Assembly: GCA_016203765.1 (NCBI GenBank)
Contig: JACQMB010000145.1
Span: forward strand, 72,964 to 136,963
Reading direction: 5' to 3'
DNA: 64,000 nt
From: Deltaproteobacteria bacterium
GTDB lineage: Bacteria; UBA10199; SPLOWO2-01-44-7
In this document: one piece after another, positions 1-9,951 of the stretch
Position numbering within the stretch: the stretch's first letter is position 1
How the letters are laid out: each line of letters begins with the position of its first letter
The notes under the pieces: model-generated
What the model was told of the DNA's origin: nothing
What the model saw: the letters and a program-made list of their open reading frames with translations, nothing else
The model's database searches: none
Made by a program: the position numbers and the translations under genes

Positions 1-2
1 TC

Positions 3-344
3 CTTGCCGAGGCCCTGCGGGCCGGGGAGGAAGTGGCAGATCCAAGATGGCGGCGGTATCTGCTGGGGCCGCGCTTTATGGATTTCAGTCTCAGTCCCTC
101 GTTGCAGAGAAAATTCAAGGGGTTTGAAATGGTCGACGCCAAGGGGAGGCGGATCTTGGACCATCGCTCCATGTGGGTTGCTTTCATGAAGCTGGCCGGC
201 ATCTGGGAAGAATTCAAGAAAAGGGGGGATGTGGACCCGAAACTCATTCAATACTTTGAATCGGACTGTGCAAACGAGATTCGGTTTTTTGAGGCGGCGA
301 TTCGCGCCGCCAGGGATTATTTTCCGACCTTGGAACCACGTTGA
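3..344 (+). CDS. Hypothetical protein, C-terminal part of a gene starting upstream of the window
   Basis: Open frame from the window edge to the stop at 344. No recognisable motif. Confidence 0.3.
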   Translation, partial: LAEALRAGEEVADPRWRRYLLGPRFMDFSLSPSLQRKFKGFEMVDAKGRRILDHRSMWVAFMKLAGIWEEFKKRGDVDPKLIQYFESDCANEIRFFEAAIRAARDYFPTLEPR

Positions 345-359
345 AATTTAAAGTTGTTG

Positions 360-375
360 TTTTTTTTTTTTTTTT
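360..375. repeat. Homopolymeric poly-T tract (16 T) between two genes, just upstream of the 390 start
   Basis: Read directly: gttgttg followed by 16 T then gataaaATG. Confidence 0.9.
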
Positions 376-389
376 GATAAAATGCGGCT

Positions 390-2444
390 ATGCCTCGGAA
401 ACGGCTTTTCGCTGTTTTTATCCTTCTTCCCCTCGTTTTCGCCGCCGGCTCCGCCCTCGGTTTGGGTGACAGGGGCCAACCCGCGCCGAAAAAGCCTGAT
501 AAAAGGGTGATCCAGCGGATCGATGAGAAACCCCGGGAGAAGGGCTTTTTTGAAAAATTCACCATCCGGCTGAAGGCCCTGGTTTTCACGGTCCGGCGTT
601 GCGGGAACGATCGTGTAGAGGAGGGGGAGGAGTGCGATGACGGCAACCGGCTCAACGGCGACGGATGCACCTGCTCTTGCAAATGGGAGCCGGTTCCTCG
701 TGATCACTGCGGAAACAACGTTTGTGAGACAGGGGAAGCCAACGTCCGTGTCAACGGAGAGGTTCCCCTGGAAGGATGGCCGACCATTTGTTCTGGAGAT
801 TGCACCGGTTCCGTAAAGGCCGAATCTCCTCCTCATGTTTATAATGTTGTCTGCGGGAATTGTTTAATCGACGGGACGGGGGAAGAATGCGACGACGGCA
901 ATACCGTCTCCGGTGACGGCTGTAATTCCATCTGCCGCAGGGAGCCGGTTTGCGGGAACGGAGTCGTGGACGAGGAACTGGACGAGGTCTGCGACGACGG
1001 CAACACCAACGACCTGGACGGATGCCGCAACGACTGCCAGGCCTCCCGGTGCGGTGACGGGTTGGTAACCGTTTGGGAATCGTGTGATGACGGCAATCTT
1101 GCCAACGGCGACGGTTGCAACGCCCTCTGCCTCAACGAACCGGACGGGCCGCCTGATATTCCCGAATGCCCCACGGATCTTCCCTTTGTGGATGAGGAAG
1201 ATTGCGAGTGTGATGAAGATACGCCTCCCGCCTCCTGCAACCACAACGGCATCGTGGAGACCGGAGAAGAATGTGACGACGGCAACGACGACGACTCGGA
1301 TGGCTGCTCCTCGGATTGCCGGGAAGCCTGCCGCCTGATCGCCTGCGGGTGCGAGACGCGGTTTTGGACGCGAGAATTCGAGACGGAGCGCGCCGAACCA
1401 TATGGATTAGTAAAAACAGATGATTGGGGGAGTACCTATGCCTTTACTGGCGGGAAGATTTTAAAGCTTGACGCTTGCGGTTTTCGGCGTTGGGAGCGAG
1501 ACAATGCGGCTACACAGTCATTTGTTGGCGAAACAGGGGTCGTTGACTCCAGCGGTTACAGTTATGTTGCTTTCCAGTTCTCGTCGTCACCGGGCGGAGT
1601 TCAGGACAGTTTTCGCGTCAAGAAAATCTCGCCGTGTGGAACGTTTTTGTGGGATCGGCTCCAAACAGGAATTACACCCGGCTATCGCATAGGCGTTGTA
1701 GGCGATCTCCGCCTGGATGAGGCAGGAAACCTTTTTGCACTTTTTATCGAAGAAACAGGTGAATTGGATTTTAAATGGCGGATTCATAAATATTCGGCGG
1801 CCACGGGAAGCCCCGCCGGCCCGCCTTGGCCCTTGGAACTTCCTGATGAAACTGGAAGTTATCTTATGGACGTTGGGCCGGATGGCAACCTTGCCTTGGT
1901 TTTTCGAGATGATGCGGATGCCACCCTTACGATCAGGAAGATTTCTCCGATGGGCGCGGCGATTGCCGGCTTTGGCACATCCTTGGGTGAAACTTCTTTC
2001 TCACTTCCGGCCGGAGGCGAACTGCGTCAGCTAAAAACAGATGCCGCCGGGAATATTTATCTCTTTGCATACTGGGTTATTGGCCGGGTGGCGGCCATCA
2101 AAAAATTTAACCCCTTCGGTATCCCCCTTGCCGAGATTCCAATTGGGGAATATAATATGGATGAAAGGTATGCCATCGACCGAGACGGGTTTATCTATTC
2201 CGCTGAACACATCTTAAATCCTTTGGGAGACGGAGTGGATCTGCAGGCCGTGGTTTCCAAGTGGACCCCTGCGGGTGAGCTGGTCTGGACCAACTCCGAT
2301 CGATTTTCATCTTCTATTCGGACGACGAGTAGAGGTATTGGTGTTGGTCCGGATGGCTCTATTCATATGGGTGCATACGATTACGGGTCAGGAGGAAGAT
2401 CCTTCATCCGCAAACTGACTCCCGACGGGGTCACCGGGCCCTAA
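390..2444 (+). CDS. Secreted cysteine-rich repeat protein (Myxococcus-type CDDGN..DGC repeats) with a C-terminal beta-propeller-like region
   Basis: N-terminal signal peptide MPRKRLFAVFILLPLVFAAGSALG. Six or more repeats of the form C..DDGN...GDGC..C (for example ECDDGNRLNGDGCTCSC, VCDDGNTNDLDGCRNDCQ). The C-terminal 350 aa has a repetitive beta-strand pattern (SGYSYVAF, DEAGNLFALF, GPDGNLALVF, DAAGNIYLFAY). Confidence 0.7.
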   Translation: MPRKRLFAVFILLPLVFAAGSALGLGDRGQPAPKKPDKRVIQRIDEKPREKGFFEKFTIRLKALVFTVRRCGNDRVEEGEECDDGNRLNGDGCTCSCKWEPVPRDHCGNNVCETGEANVRVNGEVPLEGWPTICSGDCTGSVKAESPPHVYNVVCGNCLIDGTGEECDDGNTVSGDGCNSICRREPVCGNGVVDEELDEVCDDGNTNDLDGCRNDCQASRCGDGLVTVWESCDDGNLANGDGCNALCLNEPDGPPDIPECPTDLPFVDEEDCECDEDTPPASCNHNGIVETGEECDDGNDDDSDGCSSDCREACRLIACGCETRFWTREFETERAEPYGLVKTDDWGSTYAFTGGKILKLDACGFRRWERDNAATQSFVGETGVVDSSGYSYVAFQFSSSPGGVQDSFRVKKISPCGTFLWDRLQTGITPGYRIGVVGDLRLDEAGNLFALFIEETGELDFKWRIHKYSAATGSPAGPPWPLELPDETGSYLMDVGPDGNLALVFRDDADATLTIRKISPMGAAIAGFGTSLGETSFSLPAGGELRQLKTDAAGNIYLFAYWVIGRVAAIKKFNPFGIPLAEIPIGEYNMDERYAIDRDGFIYSAEHILNPLGDGVDLQAVVSKWTPAGELVWTNSDRFSSSIRTTSRGIGVGPDGSIHMGAYDYGSGGRSFIRKLTPDGVTGP
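2403..2444. repeat. Direct repeat copy A (42 nt) covering the last 13 codons plus stop of the 390..2444 gene
   Basis: ttcatccgcaaactgacTcccgacggggtcaccgggccctaa recurs at 3732..3773 with one mismatch. Confidence 0.85.
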
Positions 2445-2530
2445 ACTTCCAAAAGTGTAATTTTTCATTGGGGATCGAGGGATTCAAAAAATAATTGACT
2501 TTTCTGTAGTTCTTATACAGAATAGTCAAT

Positions 2531-3724
2531 ATGGAGATAAAGCGGAGTGTTTTTAATAAGTTATACAATGACCTTTCCGTACGTCAGATAACAATCCTTG
2601 TCGGCCCGAGGCAAGTCGGTAAAACTTTTTTACTAAGGGAATTGGATCGACGATTTCAAAAAAAAGGGTTGAAGACCGCCTTTTTTGATTTGGAACAGCC
2701 CTCCGATTTGGCCCGTTTTAACGAGCCGGACGCACAAATTATTGAGTGGTTGAGCAAGGCAGGCGATGTCATTTTTATCGATGAATTTCATTATTTGAAA
2801 AACGCGTCAAAGATTTTCAAAGCCTTGTATGACCGGGAGGCAAGGGTTAAGATTTATGCTTCGGGCTCCTCAGCGCTGGAGATTCACACCCACCTCAAGG
2901 AATCCTTGGCAGGCAGAAAATTTGTCTACCACATTTTTCCCTGCAGTCTTGAAGAGATGGAACAGGCCGTGCCGAAGGAGACTTTTTGTTATTATTGCAT
3001 ATACGGCGGCATGCCGGGGACCATTCATTTTTCTTCGGAAGAGATGAAAAAACAGCTTTTAGCCGATATTTTGCAATCGTATCTCCTAAAAGATATCAAG
3101 GCGTTGATCCGGGAGGAAAATTTACGCGCCTTTAATCATCTTCTCTACCTATTGGCCCAATTTCAGGGAAATATTGTCTCCGTGGAAAGTCTTGGTAAAG
3201 AAGTGGGGCTTACGGCCCATACGATCAGTTCTTATTTGGATATTATGGGGCAGACCTATGTCAATTTTCCGATCTATAGTTACAGCCGCAATTATGGAAA
3301 TGAGTTGAAAAAATCAAAAAAATATTACCTCTTTGACATTGGAATTAGAAATACCCTATTGAAAAATTTTGCTCCCCTTGAAGAGCGGGAGGATGCGGGG
3401 CCGATTGTGGAATCCTATGTTTTTAGTCAATTGCAAAGGCAGTTATCTCCCGAAACAGAGATACGATTTTGGCGTTTGAAGGGAGGAGAGGAAGTCGATT
3501 TTGTTTGGATAAAAAACAGGCAAGCCTATCCCATCGAGGTAAAACTGAAATGGAAAGGAGGCGAAATTCCAAGCGGATTGAAATCTTATTTGCGCAGATA
3601 TCCCAAGACAAAGAAGGCGTTTGTCGTAAGCGGGCAGAGCGGGGAGCAAATCACTTTTGAGGCGATACCGGTTCAGTTTAAAAGTTTTCAGGAGGCGGGC
3701 TCCATTCCGAAAGAAATAGGCTGA
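2531..3724 (+). CDS. AAA+ ATPase of the DUF4143 family
   Basis: Walker A LVGPRQVGKTFLL. Walker B-like VIFIDEFHYL. The overall layout matches AAA14 plus DUF4143 proteins. The gene is flanked by the 42-nt direct repeat. Confidence 0.75.
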   Translation: MEIKRSVFNKLYNDLSVRQITILVGPRQVGKTFLLRELDRRFQKKGLKTAFFDLEQPSDLARFNEPDAQIIEWLSKAGDVIFIDEFHYLKNASKIFKALYDREARVKIYASGSSALEIHTHLKESLAGRKFVYHIFPCSLEEMEQAVPKETFCYYCIYGGMPGTIHFSSEEMKKQLLADILQSYLLKDIKALIREENLRAFNHLLYLLAQFQGNIVSVESLGKEVGLTAHTISSYLDIMGQTYVNFPIYSYSRNYGNELKKSKKYYLFDIGIRNTLLKNFAPLEEREDAGPIVESYVFSQLQRQLSPETEIRFWRLKGGEEVDFVWIKNRQAYPIEVKLKWKGGEIPSGLKSYLRRYPKTKKAFVVSGQSGEQITFEAIPVQFKSFQEAGSIPKEIG

Positions 3725-3731
3725 AGGAATT

Positions 3732-3773
3732 TTCATCCGCAAACTGACCCCCGACGGGGTCACCGGGCCCTAA
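3732..3773. repeat. Direct repeat copy B (42 nt, duplicated 3' end of the 390..2444 gene)
   Basis: ttcatccgcaaactgacCcccgacggggtcaccgggccctaa. It retains the reading frame ...FIRKLTPDGVTGP stop. Confidence 0.85.
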
Positions 3774-3781
3774 GCTTAAAA

Positions 3782-4483
3782 CTAAACAATCTTCCTGACC
3801 AGCTGAAAGGCCTCCACTTTGGGAAGGCCCACCGCCATGCCGCGAAACTGGCTTAAGGTTTCCAAACCGGTGTCGGAACGGGGGAAGGGGAACCGTTTGT
3901 TTTCGCCCTTGTAGTGATGCCAGGCGTTCAATTTTTTTTCCCAGGTGTCCGAGATATCGACAAAGGTATTCGGCTGAAAAGTCGATTGAAAGCCCCAATG
4001 ACTGCTACAGACGATTTCAAACGTGTAGATTTCTTTGGGATTGTATTTTCCCGTCGCGCGGCAGGCGGTCTCCACCGCCTTATAGGTAATGCCGTGATCC
4101 ACATTCACGTCGCAGAGGTGATGGGTGAAAAGGATCGTGGGACGAAGGCGCTCGATGTGGCTTTCGATCTCCTTGACGAGGGTAATCAACGGGATCGTGT
4201 CGAATTGACACGCCTTCCGCTCGAAATTGAAAGTGATGTCCGACACCCCCAGATAATTAAGCGCCATTTTGGCCCCCTCAATCCGCGTGGCGCTTTGCTT
4301 GCGAAACTCCTCGGAATCGTATTCGCCGAAGGGAAAGCGGGCCGAAATTCCCTCGCCCAAAAAACAAACGGCGACTTTTGCCCCCCGGTCTATCGCCTTG
4401 GCCATCGTTCCGCCGCAACCCAGGACTTCATCGTCGGGATGGGCGGCAACGACCAAAAGACGGGCCTCTCGATCGAACTGCAT
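3782..4483 (-). CDS. PIG-L / LmbE family N-acetylglucosaminyl deacetylase
   Basis: AAHPDDEVLGCGGT motif near the N-terminus and a HxxH-containing core. Size is 233 aa. Confidence 0.8.
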   Translation of the reverse strand: MQFDREARLLVVAAHPDDEVLGCGGTMAKAIDRGAKVAVCFLGEGISARFPFGEYDSEEFRKQSATRIEGAKMALNYLGVSDITFNFERKACQFDTIPLITLVKEIESHIERLRPTILFTHHLCDVNVDHGITYKAVETACRATGKYNPKEIYTFEIVCSSHWGFQSTFQPNTFVDISDTWEKKLNAWHHYKGENKRFPFPRSDTGLETLSQFRGMAVGLPKVEAFQLVRKIV

Positions 4484-4580
4484 CGGCCCTGTCTAATCAC
4501 TTTTGGGGGGGTTGTCAATCGCCGATACGTTGACTTGCGGCGAGGATTGAGTATATAAAACCGTTCTTCTAGGGGTTTTC

Positions 4581-5225
4581 ATGGCAACCGAAAATGTCAT
4601 TTGGGTGACGTGGGACAGACCTTCCGTCCTGCTCAGGATCAAGCGTCTTTTCGATTTTCTTTTTGCCCTTGTTTTATTGATGCTCCTGTTCCCCTTGCTG
4701 ATGGTGCTCGGCCTCTTCGTCAAACTCACCTCTCGCGGCCCCGTTTTTTATTGTGATGAGCGGGTCGGCCAGAACGGGCGCCTGTTCAGGATGTATAAAT
4801 TTAGAACCATGTACCGGGACGCGGACCGGATCAAACATCAGTTGCTGGACCAAAATGAGATGTCCGGCCCGGTTTTTAAGATGCGGAGGGATCCGCGGGT
4901 GACCCCGCTCGGTTTTTTTCTGCGAAAGCACAGTCTGGATGAGCTTCCCCAGCTTTGGAATATTCTCAGGGGGGATATGAGCATGGTGGGCCCAAGGCCG
5001 CCGCTTCCCAAAGAGGTGGAGCAATATGAGCCGTGGCACCGGCAACGCCTGTTGGTCAAACCGGGGGCCACCTGCCTCTGGCAAATTCTGGGAAGAAACG
5101 ACATCGCGGAATTCGATGAGTGGGTTCGCCTCGATTTGCACTATATTCAAAACTGGTCTCTCCGGCTTGATTTCAAAATTGTCTGTCGGACCGTCTGGGC
5201 CGTGATCCGGGGGACCGGCTGTTGA
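4581..5225 (+). CDS. Polyprenyl-phosphate sugar-1-phosphate transferase (bacterial sugar transferase, small PglC/WbaP C-terminal type)
   Basis: Single N-terminal TM segment, then [20 protein letters not shown] and [22 protein letters not shown], the hallmark of the Bac_transf family. Confidence 0.85.
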   Translation: MATENVIWVTWDRPSVLLRIKRLFDFLFALVLLMLLFPLLMVLGLFVKLTSRGPVFYCDERVGQNGRLFRMYKFRTMYRDADRIKHQLLDQNEMSGPVFKMRRDPRVTPLGFFLRKHSLDELPQLWNILRGDMSMVGPRPPLPKEVEQYEPWHRQRLLVKPGATCLWQILGRNDIAEFDEWVRLDLHYIQNWSLRLDFKIVCRTVWAVIRGTGC

Positions 5226-6142
5226 ACATGGAAAACCGGCTCTGTCTGATTATCCCCACCAAGGATCATCCCGAAATTTTGGGGCGCTTTTTGGAAAGTG
5301 TGCGGCGGCAAACGGTCAAGCCGGGGCTCTTGCTCCTGGTGGACGGGGGAGACCGGACGATCGAACATCTCCTGGGGCGTTTTCCCGACTTGAGTTTTCA
5401 ATACCTCCGCGTCTACCCGCCGGGCCTGTGCAAACAGCGTAACGCGGGGATCCGGGCGGTGCCGCCCGAATACAACCTGGTCGGATTTTTTGACGACGAC
5501 TATGTCTTGTTTGATGACGCGATCGAAAAAATGATGGGCTTTTGGAGCCGTCAGAACGGCAGGGTCGGGGGGGCCTCTTTCAATACCATGGATTCCGGCT
5601 GTATGCCGCACGACCGCCGGCTTTTTTTGCGCCGCCTCTTCGGCTTAAGCCGCGGGCGGGGAGGGGACATTTTGCCCTCCGGGATCGGGACGGCCCAATA
5701 CCCTTGTGAAAAAACCTATCGCTCCCAATGGTTGAGCGGCGGTTCCACCGTTTGGCGCAGGCCGGTGCTGGCAAAATTTTCTTTTGATGAATGGTTTGCC
5801 AAACACGGCGTGTTGGATGATCTGGATTTTTGCTGGCGGGCCAACAAGGAATACGAACTCTATGTGGTGGCTCAGGCCAGGGTCTTTCACCGCCAGCTTT
5901 CCAAAAGGGAGTTTGCCGCCGGCAAAATCACCGTCGTCAATAATTTTTATTTTGTCTCCAAACATCCGGGTTTTTCCAAACCCAAGTTGATTTGGGCCTA
6001 CCTGGGCAAAATTTTGTTTCAACTTTTTTCTTTTTTGAAAACGGGAAGGACGGATCCTCTCAAGAGGGCGGCGGGCTATCTGGCCGGATTCCGCTGCGGG
6101 ATGGGGCGAAAGATCGCCAAATTCGATCAGCATGTCAGTTAA
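5222..6142 (+). CDS. Glycosyltransferase family 2
   Basis: CLIIPTKDHPEIL...VDGG and a FFDDDY (DxD) motif. Start overlaps the upstream stop. Confidence 0.6.
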   Translation: MNMENRLCLIIPTKDHPEILGRFLESVRRQTVKPGLLLLVDGGDRTIEHLLGRFPDLSFQYLRVYPPGLCKQRNAGIRAVPPEYNLVGFFDDDYVLFDDAIEKMMGFWSRQNGRVGGASFNTMDSGCMPHDRRLFLRRLFGLSRGRGGDILPSGIGTAQYPCEKTYRSQWLSGGSTVWRRPVLAKFSFDEWFAKHGVLDDLDFCWRANKEYELYVVAQARVFHRQLSKREFAAGKITVVNNFYFVSKHPGFSKPKLIWAYLGKILFQLFSFLKTGRTDPLKRAAGYLAGFRCGMGRKIAKFDQHVS

Positions 6143-7013
6143 ATCGATTCAATCTTTTTGGGGGACGGAGGCGTGCGGGTCCCATTTTGTCGCGGCCCGG
6201 CCCGGCACCAGGGAGTTTTACGGGCAATACCGCGCCTTTCGCTATCGGACCGAGTGGCATATTCCGGAATGGGTTCCCTTCGCGGAGGCGAAGGGAAAAA
6301 AAGTGCTGGAGATCGGCTGCGGCAACGGGGCCGACGGGGTTTTGTTCGCCCGGGCGGGGGCGGAATACACGGGGGTCGATTTGACGGGGACGGCGGTCGA
6401 GGCGATCCGGAAACATTTTGAGGTTGAGGGTCTTCCCGGAACGTTTCAAATTGACAACGCCGAGGCCCTCTCTTTTCCCGACGCCTCTTTTGACTGGGTC
6501 TATTCCTACGGGGTTTTGCACCACACGGACCGTCCGGAAAAAGCCTTTGCGGAAGTTTTTCGGGTGCTGAAACCGGGCGGCCGCGCCTATCTGATGCTCT
6601 ATCATAAAAACAGTTTTAATTATTATGTCCGGATCATGGGATATATGCGCCTCCGTCTGTTATTAAAAATTTTGAAAGGGCAAAACGGCGGGGTCGCGCC
6701 GGAAAATGTTCGCGGCAACCAAGGCAAGGCGGTCTGGGACATTCACCGTCAAAATTTTTTGAAAGAGGGATGGCGTTATTTAAAGGCCGAAAACTTTGTT
6801 CACCACGCCACCGACGGCCCCGATTGTCCCACGGCCTTCGTATTCACCAAGGCTCAGGCCAAAAAATTTTTTTCCCCTTTTCAATCCGTTCAATGCCGTG
6901 TTTATCATTTTCCGATCCGAAAATACCCGGCGGGCCGTTGGGTGCCGAGGCCGGTGGAGGCTTTTTTGGCCAGGCATCTGGGATGGTATCTTTGTCTAAC
7001 CCTTGAAAAATGA
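6132..7013 (+). CDS. Class I SAM-dependent methyltransferase
   Basis: Motif I VLEIGCGNGADG and post-I VLKPGGRAYL. Confidence 0.75.
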   Translation: MSVKSIQSFWGTEACGSHFVAARPGTREFYGQYRAFRYRTEWHIPEWVPFAEAKGKKVLEIGCGNGADGVLFARAGAEYTGVDLTGTAVEAIRKHFEVEGLPGTFQIDNAEALSFPDASFDWVYSYGVLHHTDRPEKAFAEVFRVLKPGGRAYLMLYHKNSFNYYVRIMGYMRLRLLLKILKGQNGGVAPENVRGNQGKAVWDIHRQNFLKEGWRYLKAENFVHHATDGPDCPTAFVFTKAQAKKFFSPFQSVQCRVYHFPIRKYPAGRWVPRPVEAFLARHLGWYLCLTLEK

Positions 7014-9016
7014 ATCCCGTCGACGCCTTTCCCGAATATTTGACCCGTCAGAGTTTGTGGCTGTTTGCTCTTCATTTTACCTTCGTCGCGCTGGTTTTTT
7101 CCGGTCAGTATTTTTTGTGCCTGCGGATCCAAGAAAGAAAAAAAATATTCGGATGCGTTCTCGTTGAATCTTTTTTCTTTATCCCCTTTTTTCTCTCTCC
7201 CCTGAGTTGTTTGTTCGCCTGGCTTGAGTGGGGCAATGCCTTTTACGGCGTCGTCCAGGCCCTCTTCGTTCTCTTAGGCCTCGCCGGTCTTTACCGCGCC
7301 CGCCGCCGATGGAACCCGCGGGGGTTGAAGGCCGTCGGGCTGACCGAATGGATTCTCTACGGGCTCATTTTCACGGTCGGCGTTTTTGGCTGGCTGGTTC
7401 CCATCCCGGACAACTGGAACGGCCACGGCCACGTCCTTTGGAATGTCTTGACCCGGATGCTCCACACGGGAGGCTACGATTTTTTGCCGCGCTCGGCCCT
7501 TTCCGCCGATGATATCATCCAGCTCTTCTTCCCGCCCCATTTCACCTTTTTTTTAAGATGGTATTGCTTGAATCATCCCCTGTTTTTTTACCGGTCGGCC
7601 TTTTTGGTTACCATGATCGTGGGATGCCTGCTGGTTCGAGTCGCGGTCAACATCTGTAAAATTTTCAACCTCCCCAAGGAGGCCGGTCTGCTGGGGCTGT
7701 TGGCCGTCTTCGGAACCTATTTTAACGCCATGATTCTTTATGAAGTTCAGTATGATCTCCTCTCCCTCCTGATGCTCCTGTATGCGATTTATCTTTTCGG
7801 CAAAATGGCGGCGGCAAGGGAAGCGGTTTGGAGCAATTTCGCGGTCTTGCTGGTTTTTGCGTTTTTAATCCGGGCCCAAATTTTCGTCATTCTCTTGGCC
7901 GCGGCCTGCCTGTTTTTTTTGGTCTATTGCCGGCGCCTGAAAGGTTTAGGGAGGGTCCGCCCCGTTTTCTTGTCGCTGGCGTTTTTGCCCCTATTGCTTT
8001 GGCTGGGGATCGCTTGGGTCCGATACGATCACCCCCTGTGGCCCCTGTCACGCGGGGTTGTGGAGAGGATCTATCAGAAGATTGGCCCCGGATATCCGCG
8101 AAAGCTGATGATCGCACCGGAAGAAATTCCCGTCGTTGCCCAGGCCCAGGGAGAAAAAGACCGCTATGGGGCAAGGACCGGATATTTCATGAATTTATTG
8201 CAACCCATCCGGCCTTTTATTGAAAAAGTGATTCCCGGAATTCTATTTTTCATCCGTGCCGGGCCTCTGGCCTTGTCGCTGGCGTGCCTATTTTTTATTT
8301 TGTTGTTCCTGCGGAAGATCAAGCGGCCCGAAAACGCGTTTCTGGTCGTCGAGGGCCTTTTGATTTTGGGATGGCTGGTGGAGTACGTCGTTTTGTATTG
8401 GGGGCACAATAAGTTTCCCCAATATCTCGCCGCCATGACTTTTTTGCCGGCCGGCCTGATGTTGTTTCGCCTTCAGCAGAAGTTTTTCAGGGCCCTTCCC
8501 GTTCTGCTGGCCGGTCTTTTTTTGTTTGAGTTTAACGTCTTTTTGTTTGGCCACGGCAACATCGGCTTTACCCTGGAACCGGCCCGGATTCTTCTTGGGC
8601 GGAGGACCTTTATTGAAAAATTGGCCTACAAAAGCAACCGGGGCGTGGAAGAGACCGAAACAATGGCGATGGAATTGGATCGCGCCTATCGGTCGGGAAG
8701 AAAGATCCTGCATATGGATGTGGAGCCGGGCGGCCTGCTCCCCTCGTTGATGGGAAAGGAATTTTTCTGGGAGATGCTCTATTTTAATCCGATCGATTAT
8801 CCCCTGCGGGATTTGCTGACGGCAAAAAACAAGGGAGACTTTGCCGAGGCGTTACGGAAAAGAAATATCGGATTTATTTTTTTCCCCCAAAGAAGCCGGG
8901 AGATGCTCGACCGGCACCCCTTGTTTCAAGCCCTGGCAAAAATTAAACGGGATTCCCGGCACCTTTTGATCGTGCCGGTGGAGGAAGTTCTGGCGGTTAT
9001 CCGATTTTCCGGATGA
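7010..9016 (+). CDS. Polytopic integral membrane protein, possibly a GT-C-like glycosyltransferase or polymerase
   Basis: At least 12 hydrophobic segments followed by a ~150 aa soluble C-terminal domain. Located in the glycan locus. No diagnostic motif recognised. Confidence 0.45.
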   Translation: MNPVDAFPEYLTRQSLWLFALHFTFVALVFSGQYFLCLRIQERKKIFGCVLVESFFFIPFFLSPLSCLFAWLEWGNAFYGVVQALFVLLGLAGLYRARRRWNPRGLKAVGLTEWILYGLIFTVGVFGWLVPIPDNWNGHGHVLWNVLTRMLHTGGYDFLPRSALSADDIIQLFFPPHFTFFLRWYCLNHPLFFYRSAFLVTMIVGCLLVRVAVNICKIFNLPKEAGLLGLLAVFGTYFNAMILYEVQYDLLSLLMLLYAIYLFGKMAAAREAVWSNFAVLLVFAFLIRAQIFVILLAAACLFFLVYCRRLKGLGRVRPVFLSLAFLPLLLWLGIAWVRYDHPLWPLSRGVVERIYQKIGPGYPRKLMIAPEEIPVVAQAQGEKDRYGARTGYFMNLLQPIRPFIEKVIPGILFFIRAGPLALSLACLFFILLFLRKIKRPENAFLVVEGLLILGWLVEYVVLYWGHNKFPQYLAAMTFLPAGLMLFRLQQKFFRALPVLLAGLFLFEFNVFLFGHGNIGFTLEPARILLGRRTFIEKLAYKSNRGVEETETMAMELDRAYRSGRKILHMDVEPGGLLPSLMGKEFFWEMLYFNPIDYPLRDLLTAKNKGDFAEALRKRNIGFIFFPQRSREMLDRHPLFQALAKIKRDSRHLLIVPVEEVLAVIRFSG

Positions 9017-9951
9017 TGAAACAAAAAGCCATTCTATTGACGGTCTCCGTGCTTGTTTGCCTTTTCGTGGGGGAGGTCTTCTGCCGGATAATGATCGGCC
9101 GGCGGCTTATTCCCCATCAGGAGGAAAACGGGCTCTATTACTTTAAGCCCGGTCAACGGGGATGGTATCTGCTCGGATTCCCCCCGGCGAAAATCAATAA
9201 TCTCGGCGCCCGCGGCGAAAATGTCGATGTCCCAGCCGCCGCCCGGAGAAAAAAATTTTTGTTTTTCGGGGATTCCTTCACCTTCGGCTGGATGGTGGCC
9301 GATGATGAGACGATCCCGCATATTTTCATGAAAGAGATGGGGCTGACGCCGGAGGAGGTTCTCAATTTCGGCAATGGGGGGTTCGGCATCGATCATATGA
9401 AGGCCCTCTACCTTAGGCAACGGGAGCTGTGGAACCGGCGGGATACGATCATTGCCATCCTCATCGCGCAGGATTTGAACCGGCCCATGAGGCCCCCGAC
9501 TCCCAGCCGGCTGAAAGAAGCCTTTTGGCGGGTTAGAAGTAAATCCTCTTTTATATCATGGGGTTACGTTGTTTCGCGGAATGCGTGGCTTCGGTGGAGA
9601 CCGTCGCCGGCCGATGAGCCTTCTTCTCCTCCACCCCCTCCCTTGACATCGGCTCTTCTGGAGAGGCAACTTCTGCCTTTTGCCCGTTTGGTTGGGGGCA
9701 GCGGCCAGGAACTTATTTTTATTTTTTATGAGTTTAAAAAATCGGCCTATTCGGATAGGGGTGGGGCGTTCTGCGCGAAATACGGCCTGGTCTGTATGAC
9801 CGACGTTTGGCGTCACACGGACAAGGTTCGAAAAGAGGGAAACGGGCTTTATGCCTGGGATGAAGCCCATCCCTCCGCTGTTTTAAACCAGGAGGTGGGC
9901 AAGGCGATCGCCCGGTTCATCGATGAAAACAGTCATTCTATGCGGCGGTGA
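9013..9951 (+). CDS. SGNH/GDSL-like hydrolase (possible glycan acyl-esterase or transferase)
   Basis: N-terminal TM or signal segment, then FLFFGDSFTFGW (GDS block I) and a C-terminal WDEAHPS (DxxH-like). Confidence 0.55.
   Translation: MMKQKAILLTVSVLVCLFVGEVFCRIMIGRRLIPHQEENGLYYFKPGQRGWYLLGFPPAKINNLGARGENVDVPAAARRKKFLFFGDSFTFGWMVADDETIPHIFMKEMGLTPEEVLNFGNGGFGIDHMKALYLRQRELWNRRDTIIAILIAQDLNRPMRPPTPSRLKEAFWRVRSKSSFISWGYVVSRNAWLRWRPSPADEPSSPPPPPLTSALLERQLLPFARLVGGSGQELIFIFYEFKKSAYSDRGGAFCAKYGLVCMTDVWRHTDKVRKEGNGLYAWDEAHPSAVLNQEVGKAIARFIDENSHSMRR

Noticed and set aside
355-380. Poly-T as a rho-independent terminator
   Set aside because: No GC-rich stem-loop precedes the T tract, so it is treated as a homopolymer in a promoter or leader rather than a terminator.
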